A stretch of DNA of 64,000 nt from Botryllus schlosseri (GCA_051294905.1 CM119371.1:37884001-37948000); one strand, 5' to 3'; numbered from the stretch's first letter, positions 27,124 to 38,546 are shown. Notes: generated from the letters alone by a model not told the origin. A program made the numbers and translations.

Positions 27124-28230
27124 GGGGCGGGCGGCATCCTCAGGATTGTCTCTTTATTGTATTCGCGGACTCCTTTTTACCAGAACGGACCCATCTTAGA
27201 ACCTCAAAACTTACAATATCACAACTTAAGTCTACGACAAATAGTCACAAGTCAACGGAGCCGGCTAGCCTATTCCTCGACGGTGTACGAAGGGTGACGA
27301 CACGCAACGGATGCCGCACGAGACAACTATTTACATCGCACCGAAGGCGTAACGATATTTATGTAGCGATAAATATTACTCAAGTAAAATAGTTTTATCA
27401 CCGTCGACTCTGACGATTAGCTTAATATCTTACAGTCAATTTCAAAATGTATCAATTAGCTTGTGTTATTGATAAAATTAAAGATAGCTTGTTGTTAAAG
27501 AACACCTTCGTTATTACAAATACCCTACCATGATTATAATAAAGTATATAAAATTATTCTTATAAAGTAAAAACCAAAGCTTTAACATTTTGGATGTTTA
27601 TTTCTAATAATTTAGTCCATACAATACTGGAAAATTATATAGTTTTGACTCTTGGATAAACTTTATGATGATGTAATTGGATTAACTCGATATTCTCATA
27701 GCGCATAAACTGTACAATGGTTGACTAAACTCTGCAAACTAGCATGATTTAGTCTTATGTTATTGGCATATACGCGGTGGTGTTGGTAATGGAGCAGTTT
27801 TTTTGCTTGAGTATATATGTCACGTATCACCATTTTATCCGACTTATCGAAATATTGAAATAGTCCAACACAAAAATCACATTGGATGTTGATTAGAATG
27901 AATAATAATTTTATTTTCTGATCATGAATTCACGATAATTCACATATGCTACAGGTGATAAGAGGATGCACCCTCAATCAATACTTATGGATCATGATCA
28001 AGTTGAAATTCCTTATGTTGAGTAGTGGTCAATAGTCACATTCTTTATGACTGGTTGCAAAGAGTCCATTTGAGAGGTATCACGGAAGTGCTATTTTAAT
28101 CTCAGAACATTTCGCTAATCTATTATGACGTGACTGGCTAATCAACATTTCTCTGTTATAAGTTTGTAATCTTTGTCTTCATCGCCGATTAATTATGGTC
28201 GTAAATTGTCAGTTTCCCATATTCGTTTAG

Positions 28231-29490
28231 CTCCAATATCTCGACATCAGTTATAATTGTCTGAATGAAGAGTGTATGGCTGCACTGCCGCCCTTATTTT
28301 CTAAAGACAAAGCGGTTAGCCTTGTGATGAAAGGATGCGACCTTACACCCTATGAAATTCGTGCTTTTGAATGTTTCGGTGAAATCGAGGTAGCCACTCG
28401 TTTCCACAATTTTGTGTGTCGTGTTCAGAATAATTTGCTGTATTTTGTAGGTTGATAAACTCGATCTAAGTTACAATACGGATTTGGAACCGATAGGATT
28501 GCAAGAAATCGAACGCTTCGCGAAAAGGCATAACACGAAGGCAGTTCGACTTTCAGCTTGCGAATTGGATGAACAGTCATTAACTTCGTTGAATAACGGT
28601 CTCGGAAATCATGAGGTGATCCATTTTAGCTAGATCTGTTTTGTTTTCTTGCAAGTTAAATAATCAAGCATAGTGTACTACTAATATGAATTCCTATCAA
28701 GGTCAGGCATAGCATTTCATTTAGCGAGCGAATTTACCATCAATAAGGCATTCGTGATCACGTCTGCTGATAAAAAGTGTCATATTGCTTATGAGCGGAA
28801 GGTTTTCTATCGCTCATTCATATTAATGGTAGTTTTGGCAGTTTCTTCAAATCCTATCGACGTTCATCAATTTCTGTATTACACCAGTTTTGCGATGAGG
28901 CGCAGAAATTGATATTATTGCTCTGTCGTCTATAAATATCATTGTTACAGCAACTGAGTGGTTTGTAGCGTCGTAAAATATTTGAACATCACACTGTGTT
29001 TAAGCTGCATACGCTGGATTTGAGTAGAAATCCTGACATTTCCTCCTGCTACAAAACAGCAACTGATATCCTGCATAAAACCCGCGTTGAAGAATTCAAC
29101 CTGAGTAATTGCAAGATGCTTCATTGCAAATCAGGAATCTTACCGAAGAGATGGGGAAGCGATGCACTACAGTAAGTTATTTCCTGCTCTCTCATGGTTC
29201 TCAATAAAGCAATGTAGTTCAAATTTCGTTTATGAAATTGATCTAAACCGCCTAATAATCAATTATTCAATGAACAGCTAAAGGTATTCGACCTCAGTGA
29301 CAGCGATAGAACAAGAATCCACGGGTAATATGTGACTACCATTCAGAGCTTCGTGAAATATCATCCTGAATGTTGCCAACTCAAACTGATCTTACCGCGC
29401 TTAAATGGCGTAGACAGGAAAACTTTAAGGAAACAATTGCATTCGTCCAGTAGGACGATATTCCCGCATAAATATGCATCTATACATTGA
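28231..29490 (+). pseudogene. Multi-exon leucine-rich-repeat (RI/NLR-like) gene remnant, right-arm copy
   Basis: AG/GT-bounded exons 28231-28389 (LQYLDISYNCL...LVMKGCDL), 28451-28615 (VDKLDLSYNTDL...VRLSACEL), 29005-29171 (LHTLDLSRNPDI...FNLSNCKM, 167 bp, apparent frameshift) and 29278-29490 (LKVFDLSD..., in-frame TAA at 29326). Confidence 0.7.
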
Positions 29491-30011
29491 AATTTGGCCC
29501 CCTTATTCCTTCACTTCATATTACTTATCGTGTTCGCTACGTCTTGATAAAATTGTAGGTAATTACATAACACTACAGGTTAACCCAGGTTGATATAACT
29601 TGGCTCTCTTGTATGTATTGAGGTTTAGAATCCCCGTGAAATTAATTACTGAGCAAAGTATTCTTCGTAAATAACAACAAAATAGCAACATTTATATCTG
29701 CTCCATATACACAATATTTATAGAACACGATATTAGGTCGTGGAGAACCAACGATATTTGGCATCGAAAGATGGATAATTTTGAGCTGTCATAACTCCCT
29801 GTCGCTACTATGATCGGAATTGGGTCAAATATGACCTGCGGCGTTTTCTAGGTAACCTAACAATTCCCTTACGTAGCTGGATAAATTTGAAGAATAGAAA
29901 TGTTCCAGATAAAGACGGTTTTATGGATCAATCTTTCATGTAATCTCAGAAGAAACTGCATCCGTCCTACAGGGAAAATTGATGTAATGAAACGGCGAAG
30001 AAATATATTAT

Positions 30012-30894
30012 TTAAAAATTATTACATGATGTATGGCAAAGGAGTATCCATGATCTTGTTATTGCCATTGCAATAGACGTCAGTCCAATTCCGACAAACA
30101 TGAGCCTCTTCCAAACTTTACTATCATCGAGAGCTGCGTTATCAAAAAATCCTACAAAACTGTCCTGAAACAAACAAAAAAAATGTAAGCGTTCCTAATC
30201 TTGCAGAGGAAAGTCACCGTACTTGCTAGGTAATTCAAAGCTCGGGGCGCTTGGTCTGTAAATTTCTGTGCCTTATGACAAAATTTGAATTGAAAACCGA
30301 ATTGTGAAGTGCAAGCTAAGTTTCATTATCGATAGATGGTATGGGCTCTCGAGAGCAGATACACAGTACCTCAAGCTAAACGATAATTCCCAAGTCCTTA
30401 TCAGGGCATGTAAAATCGCTTACCCATCCTCCATTTTCCCCTATCCACTTTCGTCTTCTTCTACCGATGTAATTCCCGACTGACTGTATGATATCTTCTA
30501 TATTATCACCGTGATGCTCTTCCTCGTTTTTGCGAGCAAGAATGCTACCCAGCACAAACAGAGATACAATACGACCCCAATTTTCTTGAGTATCTTTAAA
30601 AATTTCATCAGCTATTATCAGAAACATCCGCTCATCCGCAGAATATTTTTCATATTTTTCATCGACTTCGACAATACTGTATCGGAGACGTTTAGAGATT
30701 GCATTTACGACAGTTCGATGTCGCTCGAACATTTCATCACCAACTCGCCGTAAGGTTGTCTCCGCATTCGTATTTGCTTTAACGCTTGGCCAGTCTAGTT
30801 CGTACATGATAAAATTCCTGGCCAAGGAATATGCCCCGGATGTAATTTCATCCTTTTCTTCAGTGACCGATGGTGATACTCCTAATAATTCCAT
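30012..30894 (-). CDS. Bcl-2 family protein, second copy (exons 30894-30424 and 30164-30012)
   Basis: Mirror of 23318-24200. The exon 1 translation is identical in the ORF track. Confidence 0.92.
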
Positions 30895-33800
30895 GGTTTG
30901 AAGATAACAGGGAGTCAGAGGTCATTCAGAGATCTAAGCTAAGCTACTTTGAAAATTAGGATCGAAGGATTTGCTAATTCATTATTATGAGACACTGGTG
31001 ATGGGGTTGAAATTACGAATTAGAACATATTCTCTGATCACCGCAAAGAAAATATTGCCTGTTTCACAATACATACCACATTAATGATATTTTTATGTTT
31101 CTTAGACCTTGCATGATAATGTTTCGGATTAATTACTATTCAAGGGAAATTCATTAAGAGATTTACGCTATTTTGAAATTAGCATCAAAGTATTTGTTTA
31201 TTTATTTTGATGAAAAAACTGCCGATGCGGTTGAAATTACGAATTGGAAACTAATCGCGGGCTACCGCAAATACAATATTTCCAGTTTCATAATACATAC
31301 ACCATTGATGATATTTTTATATTTCTTCAACCTTATCTATTTATCATAATGTTTCGGATTGATTACTATTCCTGGAAATGGCTACCAAATTTCGCATCGG
31401 TCGTAAAACTATATTGCTGTAATTTCAGTGCTGGCTAATTAAATTTTACTACCCGACTCGAATCATTATAACAAATATAGTCGATTGGATTTCAGCACTC
31501 GAATTAGTGCACTATGCGCATCGAAGAAATTTCGACTCCTTGACTATCCAATTCTAAATGGTCACTATGGCCAATGTCAGGGCAAATTTCTTGTATAGCA
31601 ATGTGAATATTATGAATAATATTCATTTTTCAGGGATATTTAATCTCGCCATTCGGAAGGGATCAGATAACGTGTTGTGATTTAGGTTTTAGGCAAAACT
31701 GCGTCCGTAATACTTATTTTCTAATCATCTTACAATCGCTACTTCTCGTACTTGAGTAGAAGTTTACTATGTCATGATAGTTAAACGTTGAAAAGTACTT
31801 TTCAACGACCTTGATGAACGGTAGCAGTTTATTCTAAATTGTACTATGAATTTTCGCGATGCTGAATGGCTATTGCAAGGAAAACATGACTAAATAAATC
31901 GACAAATATTGCAAAGTTGGGCTATGCGATATTAGAGTTCTAAAAATTGCCCCCGACATGAGCCCGTATGTTGGATATTATCGAAAGTAAACGAATGTCA
32001 TTTCTCACTACTATCAACAGCACGATGTCGAGTAACGTTTTACTCGGTCGGAAATAGCTATACTTCTACTTTAATTGAAAGGAATTATCGGACATCGTAG
32101 CTTCATGTCCTGTTCATATTGCATGCTGTTCATTTATTTCGAGAGGCCGCGATTGGTCACCCATTTTGTGTTACTGAAGAAGTTGCTAACGAAAGGGGCT
32201 CGATAACGATTTACTCCCGCATTTATCAAAATATACCCTGGTAGGGCTTGCCTACCAACAGAACTTACTTGAAAGATTATGATTAAAACCAGGGATGAGC
32301 AAACTACGGTTATCGGATCGCATGCGGACAACATTTTAGTGGCTCACGATAGCATCAAGATATATTTGCAGATATGGATGAAATGTAACAAAAAATATAT
32401 AATATTTTATCGACCTGATTAAACTTACAATGTTACTTTTTTATTGCTGGTGCAATAACCTGACTTCGGGGCCCGCGCATTTTTAAAGGTCGTTTATAAA
32501 AATATCATAAATTCAAAATGGCAATGACTTATTTCGTATCATGAATATGATTTTAGATTGACAACTCCAGCACGTTTGTTACTTTAAGCGATTTATTTGG
32601 AATAAGCGATCCATGCGCGTGTTAAGTACATTCTGCATCTATAGGTGCACTGGACAGTAGGCACAATATTAACTTATTCATAACTACCGCCACGACTCGA
32701 AGCAATCTAAAATGCGACGAGTTGAATATAAACGCTTTTTGCAGTAAAGAAACGATCAAGAAGTAACGTAAAATGTAAGACTTGTAATGTAATGAAGTCT
32801 TTGCTGATTTCAAATTATGAGCTGCCACATAGAGTAACCGAATTAATTTAATATTTAGGACATCAGTAAATTACGTTCGTCTTCACGGAAGAACGTGCAG
32901 AAAGCATGTTTTACATAGTAAGACATTAGCTGACGGGTAAGTAAAGGTCGCGTGGTTATGATGCTGTCAGCAGGTACCATCAGCAAATCTATAACCAGAC
33001 TCTCGTGCTGTTCTAAGAATCTATACAATCCACTTCTTCACTAATTTCCACAAATTGGTTATTGAGGATAAGCAGCTTATACAACTCGCTAAATGTTTAT
33101 GACGTTATAACGAATACGTTATCATGAAATCAATACTTGATTTGTTCTAAATATATAGGCTAGTTATTATCTCCATTCTCTCGCCTACGCGTTTTGGCTC
33201 ATCATCCTAAATTGGCTATAGTGCGCCATGCCAATGGATTCATATGTTGCATCCGACCCCCGAGCCAAAACAAGCTCAGAATTAGCCGCCACAGGCATTT
33301 TAGTTGCAATTAAATTACCTGAGACCCTTATTCTCGACCTACAAAAATTATGCTGGTATCAGATTGAAGCCGAATGTGTCAGCTGTTGGGAGTTTATCGC
33401 ATCAGCGGGCGACGATGACACTACAAATAACAACTGTACGTATACATAGGTTTGTGTTGCCACATATTGTAGTGTTGCGACATAGGCCGGACGCATCAGT
33501 CCAAATCCTGAAAGAGAGATAAGTCACTCTGGTCTTATTTGATTTGGAATTTAACCCTACGGAATCTCAAGTTCGTGTCCATTGAACTGACAGCTGTGTT
33601 ATAGATGTCTACGGAAAAGAGCTCATTCGATTTGTTGGGGTTGTCAATATTCAACGAAAATCGGGCTACATAATTGTACGCGGGTCGCATTGTTAAATGT
33701 GAATTGGTTAGCATGCAGCTATACATACTGCGCCATATCGATATAGCATCAATGCTAGTTAAATATGCTCGTTTGTGCGTCTATATTGTTGATGGCACAC

Positions 33801-34426
33801 TCGTCGTTTATTATTGCTCATGATATACAGAGCCACTTATCATTGATCGCTCGTTGTACGTCTATAATGTTAATGGTACACTCGTCTCCTCGCCTTGCAA
33901 TTGAGAGCGCGGGCTAGGAAGCGTACGGTAGCCATCTCTGATTTAATTTTTTCCACGGTAAAAATCAAAACCGAACCTGTATCCGATGATGATGAGCTAC
34001 TGGAAGCCTATTTGGAGAATTACGAATCACGCAGATCGCCCGAGAGGATTGCGGAAATTCGTCCAGTCGTGGGTAAAGAAGTCGGTGGTCTCGCGGTTTT
34101 CTTGACGACACAATTTAAATCGGAGCCATTTACAGCCTCCGATGAGCAACATTATAGGGACCATTATCATGTTATCGCCCGAGAGGATTGCGGAAATTCG
34201 TCCAGTCGTGAACAATGAAATCGGTGGCCTCGCGGTTTTCTTGAGGCCGGAAATTAAATCGGAGCCATTTACCGCCTCCGATGACAAACATTATAGGGAA
34301 TATTATCATGTGGATATCCCGGAAAATAAATGGTGATTGTGGCGACAATAATAAATGCGTTTTCAATGTTTGCGTCTTATTAGACAACCTTTTTTAAAAC
34401 CTTCAATACAGACGGATGTTCTCAAC

Positions 34427-34506
34427 GAGCGCGATAGTGTAATGGTTACAGTTCTGGTCTATAAGACATGAGGGTCTCGGTTCGATTCCAGGAGAAGGCG
34501 CGTTTT
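34427..34506 (+). ncRNA. tRNA-like RNA polymerase III unit (right-arm copy), not a canonical tRNA
   Basis: A box TAGTGTAATGG, B box GGTTCGATTCC and TTTT at 34503-34506. D-arm-like hairpin tgtaa-tgg-ttaca, but poor anticodon and T stems. Confidence 0.5.
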
Positions 34507-35212
34507 CATATCTGAGTCCTGAGGTCCTCGGTTCATATCTCTGCAAGGATTCGTTCTTATAATCCACTGAAATTCGAGTAAAAAAAATAAAAAAAAAATT
34601 AAATAAAAATATACGCGGTAATTCGGGTAAGAAAAAAAAATACGCGGTAATATTTCCGAGTCGCGAGGTCCTCGGTTCAATTCTCGGCAAGTAACCGAAA
34701 AAAAAATTGAAAAAATGCGCGGTAATATTTAAATTTGAAAGTGGGCGTGGCTGGACACGTGGCGTAATCTCATTGGTGGCTATAATCGGCCTACATACAC
34801 TACTCATATGCTTGCCATTCGCACACTGATGAGAATGAACTTTGGTTTGATATTAACTGAACGTGATTTTAGTCGCATTTCTCCATATTGTTCGAAAATG
34901 AATACGATTTCCCATTTTCGCGCAAATCCAGTAATTCCAGCTCTAAATAATCAGGGGAAATGTGTAGCTATATTTCCAATGCTAATCTAATTAGGAAATG
35001 CTGAAACTTTAATAGCTGTCCAGTTCTGCTTAGTGAGGCGCTCTGTTCTCTTTCCATTCGCGTCGATCGCTTGATATTCGGAGGACATTTTCTCTGATTC
35101 GAAGCAAATTCATCGATGTTCTCGATATTGAAGGCGTTCAAATTTCTTCGCACTATCATCGCAGATAGTTTCTGACAGACTCAATCTTTTATGCGGATAT
35201 ATCCACTAATAA

Positions 35213-36987
35213 TCAGCAAACTTGACATAAGTGCGCGGACGTTCTCGTATGACAGGGTCGGTAGGAAGTGATGATTGCGCGTCCTCTAGCGACAATCGCC
35301 AGGCATTCCTGACCTTCGAACGGTCCGTTGTCGGAATATCTCGGCTCCGATTGGCTGGAGAGGTCGTTGCCGTTCGGGTCTTCTTCCACGCCCACCCAGA
35401 ACGACACACCCACCAGTCCTACTTTTGTAGACAGACTCCTATGGAAACAAAACATGGAACTATATATATTATAGTCAGTAGCAAAGCAGTGTGCGTGCCT
35501 CTTATTTACATTGCCTAGTCCCAGCTGCGTGATTTCAAATACCACTGCAAGTCGTTTCGACACCTTCCCATCTTTTCATTGTATCACAGTCTTGTAGCGT
35601 TACGAAATGATGAAACTAGCCCTTCTATTCCTACTCAAGTAGCGTTTGCCCACTAATTCTGCTCAATCAAATGGTTAGATCCATTTCTATTTGAACATTT
35701 CTTAAGTACAAAAGTATCTCCATTTTAAACGTTTGTATACAAGTACATATCTGATGCAACATGAAACACAACATGCAACCATATGTGATCAAGGTCGGTA
35801 ACTGCGTATAATTCTTGAGAACTCAAGCAGATTTGGCATGTTTTTACCACTTAATCAAGTGATTTCGATTTTAGCCTACTTGCTGACCAGTCTTTTTTTA
35901 TTAACAAAACCACTCAGCCTACTTTATAATCTTTGGTTTTTGAAAATAGAAAGTGGCTTTTGGGCTATATAATATTGAAGAGTGCAATTGTCACGAAGCC
36001 GCCTGAAACAGCCATGTATCACGATAACCGCCGATATTGTCGAATATTAACATATTTGTAGGGTCATTAGTGACTTTGCGTTAGTGGCATAGGTTCATCT
36101 GAACAGTTTTTTCAGACCGGAATACTTATTTAAAACTTTCGTTTTTGAAACATAGTAAGTAGCTTTGGGATATCATTGCATCACTATAATTAGTGAAATT
36201 GTCATGAAAGCCCCGGGAAATGATACCTGTATTAGGATACCTGGGTAATTTCTAGGAATGCCTTATTCGTTGTGTCAATAGTGATTTTGTTTTAGTTGCA
36301 AAGATACGTCGTACGAGTTCCAAAGAATACGGCTTAGTTTTACTGCTTAAATTATGCGACCCCGGAGCCAAATCTTCTTATTGGAACAACTTACTAAACT
36401 ACTCTTAATATCTTTAATTTTCTCCGTCCACTTGAAGAACTTTTGATCACATCCGCTTACAATAGATAGACTTGTGGGGACTTACGCCAAATCTTTCGTG
36501 GTCCCGACGGCGTCTGGTGACGTCAGCCGTGCTCCGAACAGAACGCAATCTTTTTTCGCTTCGTGGTAAGTCATCTGATCGATAAAGGCTCGATAACGAC
36601 AACTGCCGACTCTCGTCCATCTCCAAAACGGATCCTCGGTAGTCTGAACAGAGGTACAGATGTGCGGCGTTTTTTTAGAAACCTAACAAGCATAATTTGA
36701 AAATAAATTTGGTTTTGAATAACCCTAAATTGTACAGGTGCTCTGCTACTCACTTTCTCCGTAGTCGTAGGCCCAGCCGTCGGCTCTAAATGTTCGCTTC
36801 GTGCTGATTCGATTCGAATTCTGGAAATCGGTGCGTCGTCTTTAAAACATACAGAAAAATCATTCCCCGCATACAAAGCCTCGGCATCGACTCACTCACT
36901 CAAAGAGATTAGCTTAACCGTCAGTAGCAGGCTGAGATATCGCTGCACCAACTCTGCTGAGCGTGATGGTTTGCTCTCGCCGACCAT
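35213..36987 (-). CDS. C-type lectin-like domain protein, multi-exon
   Basis: Exon ~36486-36683 reads WTRVGSCRYRAFIDQMTYHEAKKDCVLFGARL and ends at a gtaagt donor. Last exon 35213-~35438 reads FWVGVEE...QECLAIV...RPCHTRTSAHLCQ. The 5' exons are tentative. Confidence 0.7.
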
Positions 36988-37272
36988 GCTACGTCGTGTC
37001 AATGGTTGTAGTTCGTTGTGAGAAGGGTGTTGATACTGCTGTCTTCTAAACGTGATAGGGACAGGGCTGATGAATAGAGGGCCTCTGACGCCTGCAGCTT
37101 GAGCGCTTGAAGCGAATATTCCTGTCAGTAGATTACAGTGGTGGTCAGTAACGGACAAGATTTACTTTTTCGGAGCGCTCACACCGCTTTCCCGGGAAAA
37201 GTAGAATAAAAAGGTAATGATACATAACAATGTCTTATTAATCACCTCTACTTCTACTTCAAACAGGTTCTA

Positions 37273-37805
37273 CCAAGGTTGTAACGAAATCTCAAGGTTC
37301 CTAGTCACAAAATCACTCTTATAGTTTTGACTCGCGTCAAGTCGAGTCATTTTCAATTCACCACCGAGTCAAGTACGAGGATAAGTCGGTGAGTAGAGGT
37401 TCGAGTCCGAATCCAAGCCATTGTGTTCACTGTTCAGTTTTGGGTTCAATCCGGTTCAACACGCTCTTTTAACTCTGCCCGAGTGATATAGCATGGCTCA
37501 CCTTTATAATTTCGTAATTTACCTCAGTCCTAACAGTTTCTGGCCCTATTGTCCAAGTAACAAGACTGATAGACGAAATACCAATAATACGGTGACCTTA
37601 CTATTTTCGAAGTCACATTGAAATGTCTGTCTTGGCCGTCCTGGTATCGAGTCATATGACTTGGTTCGAGTCATGTATAATGACTCGCGTACATATCGAG
37701 TCAATACACAAATTGAATCGAGTCGACTTATTTTCCGCATTTGAAAAAATGACTCGAGTCAAGTCGAGTCACCAAAAAATCGTGACTCGAGTCATTGCAA
37801 CCCTG
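37273..37805. mobile_element. hAT-type MITE, GACTCGAGTC-rich family
   Basis: Ends caaggttgtaac / ttgcaaccctg, internal homology to 41536-42120. Confidence 0.7.
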
Positions 37806-37954
37806 CATATATGTCATTTCACTATCGTGTTGTGTAGCTTTGTAATACATATTTCGTAGACTTATAGGCTACTGCGATACACTCAATCTACAGGTGGCGA
37901 GATAGCGGATAGTGGTATGATCCAAAACTGCAACACCAATGGATTGTGGGTCAG

Positions 37955-38546
37955 GGTCTGACTATAGATTACTAACCTACGGATAGATACGCAAGTCCCG
38001 TCGTTACGCTCCGGCAAGCAGTTACACTCGTTGCTGAGCAATCTAAAAGCAGCATAATTGGTGGAGTTATGGCTTGCGACCCGAGGGCTGAAATGTAATG
38101 AAACTGGTCTTAATCGAGAGCTGCTGCCGCACTGATTCCGAAAATACAAATTAAAATCTTGTCGGGGATATGGAACCACCTCAAAACATCCCTCAAAATC
38201 TGAAAATCGACATTGTTCCAACAATGGCACCACCGCAACACGATGAACATAACGATGGCCAATTTCGTCAAGCGATCGTTCAGAATAATGGCGACTTCCA
38301 GACTTTGAGGGATGTTTTGACGTGGTTCCATTCCCCTGACAAGATTTCAATTTGTATTCTCAGAATCAGTGCGACAGTAGCTCCCGATTAAGACCAGTTT
38401 CAATAAATTTCACCCGTCGGGTCGCAAGTTATAACACCACCAATTATGCTGCTTTTAGATTGCTCAGCAATAAGTTTAACTGCTTGCCGGAGCGTTGCGA
38501 CGGGACTTGCGTATCTATCCGTAGGTTAGTAATCTATAGTCCGACC
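37955..38546. mobile_element. Fold-back MITE (~260-bp inverted arms)
   Basis: gactatagattactaacctacggatagatacgcaagtcccgtcg and its reverse complement at 38495-38541, with arms paired inwards. Confidence 0.85.

Larger units (their letters stand above)
19408..34804. mobile_element. 15.4-kb fully palindromic non-autonomous element with Polinton/Maverick-type termini
   Basis: Arms 19408-27088 and 27124-34804 are reverse complements (mirror coordinates sum to 54212 throughout) around a 35-bp spacer. Termini AGTAGTG...CACTACT, with CATATG at 19402-19407 and 34805-34810. No PolB, integrase or capsid ORF. The family assignment rests on termini, TSD and size only. Confidence 0.8.
19232..35028. mobile_element. 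Old MITE (family of 8724-9174) split into 19232-19407 and 34805-35028 by the giant palindromic element
   Basis: Ends cagacttggaaaa / ctgtccagttctg. The joined flanks align without gaps to 8895-8965 across the insertion point. Confidence 0.75.

Noticed and set aside
34427..34506. Genuine tRNA gene
   Set aside because: Anticodon and T stems do not pair canonically.
19408..34804. Palindrome as a fold-back read or assembly artefact
   Set aside because: Distinct flanks rejoin into one MITE with a 6-bp duplication, the ends are transposon-like and the arms differ at CpG sites. Judged unlikely but not excluded without reads.
19408..34804. Autonomous Polinton or endogenous virus
   Set aside because: No ORF resembling pPolB, integrase, packaging ATPase, protease or capsid. 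The longest ORFs are about 170 aa.
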